Part shown: positions 10,267-20,883 of the stretch, piece by piece
How the letters are laid out: each line of letters opens with the position of its first letter
How positions within the stretch are numbered: position 1 is the first letter of the stretch
Origin: an uncultured Nitrososphaeraceae archaeon
GTDB taxonomy: Archaea; Thermoproteota; Nitrososphaeria; Nitrososphaerales; Nitrososphaeraceae
Reading direction: 5' to 3'
DNA: 34,409 nt
Assembly (NCBI GenBank): GCA_963837175.1
Contig: CAWIMJ010000002.1
Coordinates: 1-34,409 of the forward strand
The notes under the pieces: model-generated
The model's input: the letters and a program-made list of their open reading frames with translations, nothing else
What the model was told of the DNA's origin: nothing
Database searches by the model: none
Program-made: the position numbers and the translations under genes

Positions 10267-12552
10267 ATGCGAACCTTTGCGTTAAATCTTGTCTCCGTCA
10301 TTTTGCTTATATTTGCTATCTTGGTCTTTGTAAGTTGTAAACCATTTCTGAGTAATGTATGGGCACAATCGCCTTCTGTTGGCCGTCAGGCATTTCCAAA
10401 TACATCTATAGACTGGACTTTTGTACCAGTAGACAAAAGAGTTATTGACTATCCCTACAATGGGCGAACAATTTATTTTAACACTTCATCAGATAGATCT
10501 CAATGCAACATTGGACCTTTACCTAAGATAGATTCAGTAAGTTATCTTGGGGATAGTAAGACATTAAATAGTACTTTTTGGTTGTCTCAACCACCCATAA
10601 ATAATAGTTCTCCAAATTCTCCGTTTGTATCTCTTACACCAATACATCAAGAATCTTTACGAATAGACATTACACCCTCAAAAAATAGGACGCTTGGCGA
10701 AATAGTCCTTTATGAAAATATTAGCTTGAAAAAAGACAATTTTACAATCATTGAATCAAAACCAATAAAGGCTGATAACAATTTAGCTCACAAATTAGTA
10801 TATACAAGAACAGATAATTCAACTCATTATTTTAACCTCATAGGAATGAAAATCTTGATAGTAAAAGACGAAAAATTATATAGCATTTTGTATACTGCGG
10901 ATTCACTTAAAGAGTATACTGATTTTTTACCATACTTGGAATATATGATTGATTCATTTCAAATAATAAATAGCACAGGAAGTAAGCATGCGACGTCAGT
11001 ATTTAGCAACATTATTCAACCAGAGAAATTTGAAACATATACAAATTCTACTGTTGGTGTACAGATAAGGTATCCTCATAATTGGTGGAAAGTAGAAAAT
11101 GTAGACAATACAAAGAATATTATATCAGTAGTATTTTTTACGCCAATCAAGGGTCCTTATTTGATTGCAGAGGACTTTGTAACATCAATTGATGTTCCTG
11201 GTACTTATGATTCAGATCTGGACTACACGGTTCGTTTAACTTGGGAAAATACCTTTACTAACAACACTACCTGGACTAAGAAAATACAAGAAAAATCTTA
11301 TGATAAACACCAATTAAGGATTTTGGATATACAGCCAAAGCAAGAAAATCTGCTAAACTATGAAGAAAACAACATTCAATTGCCAATTAATTTGTCTACA
11401 ATCAGTTCACCCAATAGATATCTGCTCATATTTTCTACAGAGGTAGCCTTTATAAAAAATGGTAATTTATGCTATTTTGTTGATATGACAAATCAGGTTA
11501 CTGTTCCTCCACCAAAGTTTTCTATAATTACTGCATCTAATTCAACTACTATAGGATTATGGCAAACAAAGAATATAGAGATCAAGGTGAAATCATTTTC
11601 AAGTATTCTTTCACATATTTCCTTTTCCACTTATTCTACAGATTTATTAGATGTAGTCATTCAGCCCAATGAATTGGATGTACCACCATCAGCATGGGCA
11701 ACTGCGATCTTGACTATTAAAGACAGGGGAACCGCAGCACTGAATATAGCTTCCGTACCACAAACCATACCTATAATTGCAAATATTACGTTTCCAAAAA
11801 CAGTATTCCTCCACATATTTAATTCTACTATACCCATAGAAGGGAATGTACAAACACCAAATAATGAGGACTCACGTTTTACAAGTTTTACTATAACAGT
11901 GTTTAACCTTCCTGATTATTTTCTTACTTTTTTAACTTCTTTGAGTGGTCTTGTTCCATTAGCTGGTATTATTGGTGCAAGCATAGCATGGTTCCTAAAG
12001 AGAACGAAACAGAATGTCACTCCAATGTTTATTGGAAAGGAATTAGCAAGACTTGAAAGACTTAGAGAAGAAGGAAAACTTTCAAAACCTGAATTGGATG
12101 GATTGAGAAATGAACTCTTAAATAGTAAAAAACAGTTGTCGTGGCATAACAGGGATAGATGGCTATATTACAGTGCTGCCTCTGCTACTGCGATAGCTGG
12201 AATATTGCATATAATTCTTGCATCTAATAGTATGAATTTTAATCCAATGGTTGGTATATTCTTCCTTATATCTGGAATAGTACAATTATTTTGGGCATAT
12301 CCAACAGTAAGGCAGTGGGGAATAATATGGTACTATGTTGGAATAAGTGGTACTATATTGCTAATAATCCTGTGGGCAATAGCAAGGTTACCAAGTATAA
12401 TTTCAGGAGATAGATTTCCACTTAATGTAATAGATGTTTCCATAGTATTTTTCCAAATTATATACGTAGGAACAGCTACTATTCTAGTAGCTAAAAGAGG
12501 AGGCAGCAGACTCAAACCTCAGTCTTATATGCATACAGAGGGCAGGGATTAA
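10267..12552 (+). CDS. Large membrane or surface protein with PsbP-like inserts and a multi-TM C-terminus
   Basis: Signal peptide; PsbP-like segments (AHKLVYT...KLYSILYTA...MIDSFQI; YTNSTVGVQIRYPHNW); DMTNQVTVPPPKF; about 5 C-terminal hydrophobic helices. Confidence 0.75.
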   Translation: MRTFALNLVSVILLIFAILVFVSCKPFLSNVWAQSPSVGRQAFPNTSIDWTFVPVDKRVIDYPYNGRTIYFNTSSDRSQCNIGPLPKIDSVSYLGDSKTLNSTFWLSQPPINNSSPNSPFVSLTPIHQESLRIDITPSKNRTLGEIVLYENISLKKDNFTIIESKPIKADNNLAHKLVYTRTDNSTHYFNLIGMKILIVKDEKLYSILYTADSLKEYTDFLPYLEYMIDSFQIINSTGSKHATSVFSNIIQPEKFETYTNSTVGVQIRYPHNWWKVENVDNTKNIISVVFFTPIKGPYLIAEDFVTSIDVPGTYDSDLDYTVRLTWENTFTNNTTWTKKIQEKSYDKHQLRILDIQPKQENLLNYEENNIQLPINLSTISSPNRYLLIFSTEVAFIKNGNLCYFVDMTNQVTVPPPKFSIITASNSTTIGLWQTKNIEIKVKSFSSILSHISFSTYSTDLLDVVIQPNELDVPPSAWATAILTIKDRGTAALNIASVPQTIPIIANITFPKTVFLHIFNSTIPIEGNVQTPNNEDSRFTSFTITVFNLPDYFLTFLTSLSGLVPLAGIIGASIAWFLKRTKQNVTPMFIGKELARLERLREEGKLSKPELDGLRNELLNSKKQLSWHNRDRWLYYSAASATAIAGILHIILASNSMNFNPMVGIFFLISGIVQLFWAYPTVRQWGIIWYYVGISGTILLIILWAIARLPSIISGDRFPLNVIDVSIVFFQIIYVGTATILVAKRGGSRLKPQSYMHTEGRD

Positions 12553-13064
12553 CTTTAATTTTATTATCTATTCCATTAGTTAGTTAATTAATCCAGTATG
12601 ACCAATACTTATCTTACTTTTAATGGGAACTTTACTATGCAGCCGTAAGTAGGGTAAACTTTTAGGCATACTATAACGAAAATGATACACACATAAATTA
12701 AGATATGATAAAATTTTTATAAATGACTCACACATTAACAGATAGATATTATTAAACTATTTACCACACCATGTTTGTGTGTCATAGTAGTCATCGTTAT
12801 TGCTACCTTGTCATGACGAATATGCCAAATTACCAAGAAAAGGTGGGGTAGTTAAACGTAAATGGCGAAATTTTACTTTAATAAAGACGATACAATATTG
12901 AGAGATGATATTGCAGAGGAGTTACTTTTGCTATTATTATTAAATCACTCAGCAATATTGCCTTTATTATTATAATAAATATCTAAATCTTTTATTCTGT
13001 AAGTATCACTTTGATTGGACTGACCTAAGAACTTGAAGATGATGAAAGCAACGATAATTACGGA

Positions 13065-14036
13065 TTAGACAAAGGCAGCAGTTAGTGCTATAGTATTATT
13101 TATCAATGCTTCAACAAGGTTTTCGTAATTCTTTTCGACCAAGTCTACTAAGCTATCTTTATTGGATTCAAGGTATTTGGTAACGTTATCGTTGTTATTA
13201 TCTTTACATTGCTCACTGTCATTCTCAGTCAGTATTTTGTAAATTATATTAATCATTTGTGGATCTGATTTTAACGTCTGGATCAGTCCAGTAAAAGCTA
13301 CTGATATAACTTGTTTATTTTCTGATAAGGCGGCTTTAACATTTTCTTTGACGACCTGTTTTAGATCATCATTGTTTGAAATCTTTACAATCAACTTTTC
13401 TAATCTATCGTTTTGAGCAATAAGCTCCTGTAACTGTTGTTCTTTTCTCTTGCAATCTTGCTCACAAGAGAATGCAGTTTTATCTAATATAGATATTTTA
13501 TAATTCAAAGCCTCTACATCTTTTATCAATCCTTGTCTAATACATTGCATCTTATCTACCTGCTCTTTAACCTGTCCATAGAGACTTTCCATATGAGGAA
13601 GTCTATCGGCAGCAATCTCTACAGCATTAACTACTTGCTCTATACTCATGCCTTTTTCGTTTATTAGTTGTCGATATAATTTCAAAAATGGTCCTAGTTT
13701 GCCGTTTGTCTCTTTGAATATAGAGTTGAGAATATCCAGGCGCTTTAATTTCCAATATTCCCTATAGTATTTAGTTGCTTCTGGCTCTCTTAGGCTTAGT
13801 GGGATAGCCACTTCTATAGGCCGCTTACCTTTAGAAAATAATTCATAGGCTTTAGAAGATATCTCTTCTTGCTGTTGCTGATGTCTATATTTTTGTCGTC
13901 TGGTTTCTTCTTCCTTTATAATAATGTTGATGTCACGTGGTGAGATTCTTTCTATTTGTGCGATTTGAGCATAAGTCTTGTGCTGATTAAAATATAGATC
14001 TATTACACGCTTTCTTCTTTCTTCTGTTATCTGCAC
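13065..14036 (-). CDS. HTH plus coiled-coil protein of a multicopy Nitrososphaeraceae family; tail degraded
   Basis: N-terminal HTH-like VIDLYFNQHKTYAQIAQIERISPRDI, a second HTH-like segment and a heptad-rich middle. An out-of-frame remnant tail (SNQSDTYRI...KGNIAE*) runs to 12945. Confidence 0.75.
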   Translation of the reverse strand: MQITEERRKRVIDLYFNQHKTYAQIAQIERISPRDINIIIKEEETRRQKYRHQQQQEEISSKAYELFSKGKRPIEVAIPLSLREPEATKYYREYWKLKRLDILNSIFKETNGKLGPFLKLYRQLINEKGMSIEQVVNAVEIAADRLPHMESLYGQVKEQVDKMQCIRQGLIKDVEALNYKISILDKTAFSCEQDCKRKEQQLQELIAQNDRLEKLIVKISNNDDLKQVVKENVKAALSENKQVISVAFTGLIQTLKSDPQMINIIYKILTENDSEQCKDNNNDNVTKYLESNKDSLVDLVEKNYENLVEALINNTIALTAAFV

Positions 14037-14329
14037 TATTATTATAGATAACTGATCCTTAAAAAGGGAACGTTCGTAATACCATGTGCTTTCATCTATA
14101 TTCCTTTATTACCATCTACTTTCTTCTTTCTAGTAATACTTCTAAAAGTACTTAAATTTGAGTACCTTAAAGATTTTACAATTATTGCATTCGAAACTGT
14201 TAGGTGGAGAGCAAATAAAAGTAAATAGTAGTGGTATACATATCAGATGCATTTATCCTATGGGAAGAAGACGAAAGACTATCCGAAGAGCAAGAAAGAG
14301 CACAACCAATAGTGTCTTAAGGGGATTAT

Positions 14330-14465
14330 TTGGAATTTTCAGAAGAACAAATTGCGATAGGAGAATCCTTTGAGGTTTGCATCGATGGACCAGACGGATA
14401 CTCTGATTGTAAGACTTTGACAAATTCACGTGCAAAGCAACAGGAGGTAGTAACCTTCTATTTTA
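14330..14465 (+). pseudogene. Relic of a small two-Cys secreted domain (copy 1)
   Basis: Reads LEFSEEQIAIGESFEVCIDGPDGYSDCKTLTNSRAKQQEVVTF; homologous to 16527-16670. Confidence 0.6.
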
Positions 14466-14842
14466 CTGTGTTAATATCTTTAGAATTCACATATACGCCA
14501 TAAACATTATCATAATCTTTTATGCTGGATGATTGAAGAAATAAAAGTACTCAAAATACCTCTACCTCTACTTTTGTTTATTTTACAAACAGAGCAAGAT
14601 TTGAGCTTCTTTTAGTAGATCTATTATAGAATCACATCTCCGCCAATGATTGACATATATCTCCATTACATATAACGATACTCTACATTTATTTAATGTA
14701 AAGAAGTGGAGGTATTCGTTCTCAGTGAGATATTACATAGAGCATCCAATAATACCTCCTACCGATTTATACTAATTTTGAGCGCTAAACTACTGATAAA
14801 TGTATAAGATTTATTATTATCCTCATAAATTAAGTACGTATT

Positions 14843-16279
14843 ATGTTTAACGTAGGTATTTTCTTAATTCTCTTATTATCATCTGCTCTCATACTTGTAT
14901 ACCCTCAAGCATTTACTCACCAATCTATAACATTGCTAGCTTTACAATCAGCACAAGCACAAGAAAATTCCCTTCAAAATGGTATTGATTTAAATGGTAT
15001 ATGGAAGAGAGACGATGGAGTACAGGTATATTTCACACAGACAGGTACCCAGGTGATTTCAAGCTTTGAGACAGAAGGAAATGAGAGAGAAGGAGACTGC
15101 AGCTCTGTCGGCATGGCGAATGTTAAAAGTTATTTAGACTTTTATGCAAACATTGAAGACAATCAGCTGACAGGAGAAACCAATGTCTGTGTTATAGAAA
15201 TGAACAATGTTCAGTTATATCCTATGCACTTAACTATGAGTGATAATGGTAACACGTTGACTGGAACTTATGAATACGAAGGTGGAAGTTATCCTATAAG
15301 TTACATAAAGACGACTACTACTTCCCCTCCTATATTGAATTCACTACCTCCGGCTCTAGTAAATTTTGGAAGAGTCTACATTACAAACCCAAATACAGAT
15401 AAAGTCTTACTACCTGTAGCATTAGGGAATTTTGCTTGGAATTACGTTAAAGCATCAAACACTGATCCAGTATCAATGCTTACAGGATTAGGAGCTGTGT
15501 TTGTGGCCATTGTGGCAGGTAGTTATGCAATTAAAAAGATACACAAGCATAGCAAATCACATAAAAAAGATAAAGAACAAAAAGAGGAACAGAAACTACA
15601 TGTAATAAGACTTGCCATTAATTGTGACTTGGAAAATATAACAGAAGCTAAAGAGATTGAAAATTTGCAATCCATTAATGAAATTAAGAGGATAGAAAAA
15701 GAATTCAGAACTGTTCTAGGAGCCATACTTGAAGGCAGAGAAAAGCTAAAGAAATTACAAAAAGCTAAAGATTTTGTTGAGTGGTGTAGAGAAGCTAAAG
15801 AAGATCCAAACACAATTATTTCCAAAATATCAAATGATATAATTGGAAACTTTATAGGATGTATAGAACCATATTTTGCTAGTCTTTTTTTAAAGAGTAT
15901 CAGCATTGAGAGCCAAACTGTGATAATAAATAAAGATAAAGAAACCAATGATCAATCAATTCAAAATCGCTATGTAAATTTTAATGCAAAATTCAATCTA
16001 AAGCCTTTAGAACCATTTATTAAATTAACCTTACTTATTGATGAAGTACCGACGTCATCTGTGAGACTAATATTTTCAATTGATACAAGTGTAAATATGA
16101 ATAATGCAACAGTTTATTCTAGCAATGAAGGTACAAAAATAGTTGTTGAAAGTATTAATATTGGTTTGCAATTATCATTTTCTAGATTAGTAATTAGTCA
16201 TTATTTGAATAAATCTATAGAAATGCCCATAGTTTTAGGTAACAAGGAATTTGGAATTAAAAGCCTTCCCATGCAGTAA
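14843..16279 (+). CDS. Single-pass membrane protein: extracellular beta-rich domain, TM helix, cytoplasmic domain
   Basis: Signal peptide ending AQAQ, DLNGIWK motif, TM LTGLGAVFVAIVAGSYAI followed by a Lys/His-rich stretch. Confidence 0.75.
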   Translation: MFNVGIFLILLLSSALILVYPQAFTHQSITLLALQSAQAQENSLQNGIDLNGIWKRDDGVQVYFTQTGTQVISSFETEGNEREGDCSSVGMANVKSYLDFYANIEDNQLTGETNVCVIEMNNVQLYPMHLTMSDNGNTLTGTYEYEGGSYPISYIKTTTTSPPILNSLPPALVNFGRVYITNPNTDKVLLPVALGNFAWNYVKASNTDPVSMLTGLGAVFVAIVAGSYAIKKIHKHSKSHKKDKEQKEEQKLHVIRLAINCDLENITEAKEIENLQSINEIKRIEKEFRTVLGAILEGREKLKKLQKAKDFVEWCREAKEDPNTIISKISNDIIGNFIGCIEPYFASLFLKSISIESQTVIINKDKETNDQSIQNRYVNFNAKFNLKPLEPFIKLTLLIDEVPTSSVRLIFSIDTSVNMNNATVYSSNEGTKIVVESINIGLQLSFSRLVISHYLNKSIEMPIVLGNKEFGIKSLPMQ

Positions 16280-16299
16280 TAAGTTTTTTGCTTCTACAG

Positions 16300-16670
16300 A
16301 AAAATAACCTTTGTTATAACGTTCCTCTTAACAGTAGCAGCAATACTTGGTGATATTAGCCCAGATAAAGGAGAGGAACAATTCAGTATATTTGTTACAG
16401 TTCCAAGTGTTGAAGGAAATTGCTGAGACCAACAGCAAAATAGGAATTACAAATATTAGAATGCTGCAAAATGAAAGACCGTCAGAAGAACAATAAAGAG
16501 CAAATCCAATAATCTCTGAAGGAAGTGAATTTGAATTTCTAAAAGGACAAATTGCAGTAGGAGAATCATTTAATGTCTGTGTTGAAGTGTCAGGTGGATA
16601 ATCCCATTGTAGGACTTTGACAAATTCGCTTGAAAAGCAGCCAGAGAAAGTAACCTTTAGCATTGATTAA
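16300..16670 (+). pseudogene. Relic of a small two-Cys secreted protein (copy 2)
   Basis: Signal-like ITFVITFLLTVAAILG, then EFEFLKGQIAVGESFNVCVEVSGG*SHCRTLTNSLEKQPEKVTFSID*. TAA at 16599-16601 aligns with TAC in copy 1. Confidence 0.6.
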
Positions 16671-16909
16671 ATTCTCTCATTTTGCATCTCTGGTATTTTG
16701 TCATGTCAACGGTCTTCCCTTTTTATCAATAGAAATATCCTTCCAAAATTAGAATTCCATATAATCCATATTCTAGCCATGTAAGAAATAGATGTAATAG
16801 GTATTACTTACCATAGTTCCCAACACAAGGTGTTTTTCATCTCATAATTTCCCCGAAGTATTTGTATATAAGTAAAAAGATCTATTACTTTGATCTATGG
16901 AATAAGAAA

Positions 16910-19561
16910 ATGTCCTTTGCTAAAGATGCTATATCATCATTAATAGAATCAGACCAAACCAAGGAATATGTACATACTGCAGTAAAATCAACTGTACCTA
17001 CTTTAGTACAGTTTGGCCTTGGATTTGCAGTTCCTTTCTTATCTCCTATAATTATAGCTGCATCATCACATCTGATTTTAAAAGGATTAGAAATTGCCGG
17101 AGATAAAATAAAAGTAGCAGATGATAAAATACAACAATACAAAGGCCAAACTGGAACTAAAGGCTTTCTTGCAAAAATGGCATCTCCAGCTTTAGGAGTA
17201 CTCAAAAAGGTATTTCCTGCCACTGAAAAAGAACTTTATGAAGCCTTAACTGACAGTAACAAACTAAAGCAGTTCCTTTCTGAAATATTAGAAAACCCAA
17301 AGAAAAAACAAGAGTTTGAAGAAAGCCTAAAGAAATTTTTAACTGGCAAATATGGAGATTTTGAAGAATTTCAGAGAAATGTCAAAGACACATTAGGCAT
17401 AGAAGTTGATAGGTTAGCTTTAGAAGCATATACAGAATTCACAAGTATAATTTACAATAGTGAAATATTAAATAAGATTATCACACTTTCTGGAACCTCT
17501 GAGCAGATTAGAATTAATATTGAAGAGAGCATAAAAGAAATTCATAAAGATTTTGAAGACAAATATGGTGAAATTAAAAATGAAATAATAAGTCTTCGTG
17601 ATACCTTTTATGGAAGATATGGATTATACAGGCTCACTCCTAATTACTTTGAAGACTATGTTGATACAAAACAAGATATGGAAAGATGGAAAGAGGGTTT
17701 TAGCTTCCAATCATTATCATCAATTAAGCAGAATAAAGAATTTAGGAGAGATAAAATCCTAGAAGAGATTAAGAAAAGAATTGAAGGAAAAAACCGACAG
17801 TTGATAGTAGCTGGGTCTGGAACTTCAAAAAGCACTATACTTATGGAAATCATTTGTGATTATTATGACAATGGCTATGAAATACTTTGGAATAGAGGGG
17901 ATGCTGTCATAAATAATGGTAATGATATTATAGACTTTATCGGAAAGCTATTGAATGACGGTAACAGAGTATTAGTTGCTGTAGATAATGTTCATGATGA
18001 AAGAAGATCTGCAATATTTTATGCTATGGATCAGCTCTCATTGCATAATAAAAGTAAAAATCTAAGATTCATTCTCACAGCTAGACTTCCAGAATATGAT
18101 TTATTAGTTGATCCTCAAAGGTTGCTAATCCAAGTGCAAAAAGAATATAGAGGTTCTCTGCAAAGATTTAGAGATGAATCTAATAGAAAGGATTCTCTTT
18201 TAAAATATGAAATACCATTCTTTACACACGAAGATATTAGAGGTTTTATTAGAAAGTATAGAGAAGAAGAAATGATATCTTCTACAACAGAAGAAGAAAT
18301 AGTTGTTGGCTCAGAAAAAATCTACAAGGATACAAATGGCCATCCTATAATGGTGAAGTTTGCTGTTATTGGAGAGGGTCTTCGTAAGGACGTTGAAGAT
18401 AGGTATCTTGATTATCTGATTGATCAAACTAGTAAGATAGCTGATCCATCAAAGATTCAAACTATACTTGTATGTTCCCTATTAGATATAGCTGGCTTGC
18501 AAATAACTGACAGATTACTTAATGATATGAAGATAAAGAAATATGCAAAAAACCTAAGACATGCTCTATTATATCATTATCCTGATGGTGGGATATGGAA
18601 GACCATACACCCAAGATGGGATTTAGAACTACTATCTTTTTTGTTTACAGATATTGATGATGAAGACATAACAGACCAAAGACAGAGATACCTTAAGAAA
18701 GCGATAGCCTCTATATTCAGCATCAAGGATGAACAAATAACTGTTTCAATTATAACAACAATGTATGATATTGCAGCTGATACTGTCGATGGAGTTACGA
18801 AAATTCCTATAGATGTTGTTGATAATGTAATAGAAAATCAAATGCACACTTCTGATTATCTAAGCAATGAGACAAAGGTCGATTTATATGCAGTAATCAT
18901 TGCAAATGATTATTATAAGCTTAATAGATTTAATGATGTTGTCGATAAATGTAATAAAGCTTTATCTATAGAGCCTAATAATATTTATGCATTAAATAAC
19001 AAAGCTGCAGCTCTTGATAAGTTAGGTCAATATCAAGAATCTATACCATATTATGATAAAGCTTTATCTATAGAGCCTAATAATATTTATGCATTAAATA
19101 ACAAAGCTGCAGCTCTTGATAAGTTAGGTCAATATCAAGAATCTATACCATATTATGATAAAGCTTTAGCGATAGATCCAAATCATGTTTATGCATTGTA
19201 TAACAAAGCTGCAGCTCTTGATAAGTTAGGTCAATATCAAGAAGCTATAGAATGCTATGATAAAGCCTTATATATAGATCCAAATCATGTTTATGCTTTG
19301 AATAACAAAGCTGCAGCTCTTGATAAGTTAGGTCAATATCAAGAAGCTATAACATATTATGATAAAGCCTTATATATAGATCCAAATCATGTTTATGCAT
19401 TGTATAACAAAGGTAGTGCTCTTGCTAAACTAGCTAAATTTCAAGAAGCTATAGAATGCTATGATAAAGTTTTAGCGATAGATCCAAATCATGTTTATGC
19501 TTTGAATAGCAAAGATATTATTCTTGAGTATATGGGACTACATGAAGAATCTACTAATTAA
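16910..19561 (+). CDS. STAND-class P-loop NTPase with C-terminal TPRs (NLR-like architecture)
   Basis: Variant Walker A AGSGTSKST, Walker B VLVAVDNVH, sensor FILTAR, GxP motif TNGHP, and about 6 TPRs. ATG at 16910 preferred over TTG at 16862. Confidence 0.8.
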   Translation: MSFAKDAISSLIESDQTKEYVHTAVKSTVPTLVQFGLGFAVPFLSPIIIAASSHLILKGLEIAGDKIKVADDKIQQYKGQTGTKGFLAKMASPALGVLKKVFPATEKELYEALTDSNKLKQFLSEILENPKKKQEFEESLKKFLTGKYGDFEEFQRNVKDTLGIEVDRLALEAYTEFTSIIYNSEILNKIITLSGTSEQIRINIEESIKEIHKDFEDKYGEIKNEIISLRDTFYGRYGLYRLTPNYFEDYVDTKQDMERWKEGFSFQSLSSIKQNKEFRRDKILEEIKKRIEGKNRQLIVAGSGTSKSTILMEIICDYYDNGYEILWNRGDAVINNGNDIIDFIGKLLNDGNRVLVAVDNVHDERRSAIFYAMDQLSLHNKSKNLRFILTARLPEYDLLVDPQRLLIQVQKEYRGSLQRFRDESNRKDSLLKYEIPFFTHEDIRGFIRKYREEEMISSTTEEEIVVGSEKIYKDTNGHPIMVKFAVIGEGLRKDVEDRYLDYLIDQTSKIADPSKIQTILVCSLLDIAGLQITDRLLNDMKIKKYAKNLRHALLYHYPDGGIWKTIHPRWDLELLSFLFTDIDDEDITDQRQRYLKKAIASIFSIKDEQITVSIITTMYDIAADTVDGVTKIPIDVVDNVIENQMHTSDYLSNETKVDLYAVIIANDYYKLNRFNDVVDKCNKALSIEPNNIYALNNKAAALDKLGQYQESIPYYDKALSIEPNNIYALNNKAAALDKLGQYQESIPYYDKALAIDPNHVYALYNKAAALDKLGQYQEAIECYDKALYIDPNHVYALNNKAAALDKLGQYQEAITYYDKALYIDPNHVYALYNKGSALAKLAKFQEAIECYDKVLAIDPNHVYALNSKDIILEYMGLHEESTN
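18956..19513 (+). repeat. 102-bp tandem repeat (about 5.5 units) encoding 34-aa TPRs
   Basis: Units start at 18956, 19058, 19160, 19262, 19364 and 19466; the first two are identical in nucleotide sequence. Confidence 0.95.
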
Positions 19562-19874
19562 TCAAAGACAGACTTAATCCTTTCTAATTCAGGAAATGAA
19601 TCACGACAAAAGTTAATAGGGTCTACGCTAATATTTTATTGTAGTTCTAATATGCTGAAGGTTTATGCTCTAAACGATAGGAGATCAAATAGTTTCCTAG
19701 AGTTACAACTTTTTTAATAACCGCCTTAGACCATCTAAAAATAGTAAATATGAATTAAGTATTTATGCTCCGTTACCACAATGTAGGAAGGAGAATTTTA
19801 TACTGGGAATCCACCGATTAAGCAGGAAGATTCCATCCAGACAAGAATCAAAAACTAGAACTTATGTAATATGA

Positions 19875-20883
19875 TGCTTTGTTGCATGATTCATTAACTT
19901 TTAAGTGATGTTCATCTGACCGATCTGCATTTAGCTTACTAATAGTAATTATTCTATGTATATGATTGACTGGCCTCTCTATAATGAATCACTAGTTAGA
20001 CGTGGTCAAGTTCTCTTAGATTTTGATATACTTGATGGATGGGATCATGAATTATCTCAAATGAACCGTGGTAAGGTTGGCGAACCCTACGATTATCCAA
20101 ACTCCTTTATTCAGCTTCTAGGTTATATGAGAGTATATTTTCATCTACCATATAGACAAACACAAGGTGTAGTTATAGCTCATACAAGTACAAAAGTACC
20201 GTTCATACCTCATTACAGTACTATTAGTAGACGTATAAACAGACTAGAGATCAAAATCAATGAGAAAATAGGAGATGATATCGTGATTGCTTTAGACAGT
20301 ACAGGTATCAAAGTAGCTAACAGAGGAGAATGGATGCGGCATAATAAATGGCACGTTAGAAAGGGATATCTGAAAATACACGTATCCGTAGATATCAAGA
20401 AGAAAAGAATCCTATCTTTGGAGGTCACAAGTGAAGAGGTACATGATGGCAAGATGCTAAAGAAGTTGGTAGATAATGCTTCTAAAAATAATAATGTGAA
20501 GCGTGTGTTAGCTGATGGTATGTACGATAATAATAAGAATTTTAGATATCTATCAAAGAACCATATTAAACCTGGTATAAAGACCAGAAGTAATTCCAAG
20601 GTCAAGACAACTACTAACTGTCAAGCTAGAAACATGTCTGTAGTAAGACAACAAGCAAACCTCAAAAGATGGAAGCACAGCGTAAGCTATGGACAGAGAT
20701 GGATGACAGAAACTGTCTTTTCGTGTATGAAAAGGATGTTCGGAGAACACGTATCTGCGAGAAAGTTTCCTAACATGATAAATGAGATCTTTCTAAAGGC
20801 ATCTTTGTATAACATGTTTAGTAAGATTATCTGAGTAATCACAGATTATAGCCTTGAAGTTTAGTTAATCATGCAACATAGCA
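19875..20883 (+). mobile_element. IS5-family insertion sequence (IS903-like ends), 1009 bp
   Basis: 17-bp TIRs TGCTTTGTTGCATGATT (19875-19891) and AATCATGCAACATAGCA (20867-20883) with 1 mismatch; flanking direct repeat TAATATGA at 19867-19874 and 20884-20891. Confidence 0.93.
19956..20834 (+). CDS. tnp: IS5-family DDE transposase
   Basis: W..YNESLVRRG, LPYRQTQG, PHYSTISRR, ALDSTG (D1), LADGMYD (D2), YGQRWMTETVFSCMKRMFG (Y-R-E-K motif). Confidence 0.95.
   Translation: MYMIDWPLYNESLVRRGQVLLDFDILDGWDHELSQMNRGKVGEPYDYPNSFIQLLGYMRVYFHLPYRQTQGVVIAHTSTKVPFIPHYSTISRRINRLEIKINEKIGDDIVIALDSTGIKVANRGEWMRHNKWHVRKGYLKIHVSVDIKKKRILSLEVTSEEVHDGKMLKKLVDNASKNNNVKRVLADGMYDNNKNFRYLSKNHIKPGIKTRSNSKVKTTTNCQARNMSVVRQQANLKRWKHSVSYGQRWMTETVFSCMKRMFGEHVSARKFPNMINEIFLKASLYNMFSKII

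Noticed and set aside
18956-19513. Diversity-generating retroelement TR/VR pair
   Set aside because: No reverse transcriptase in the window; the differences are block-wise tandem variation, not adenine-specific.
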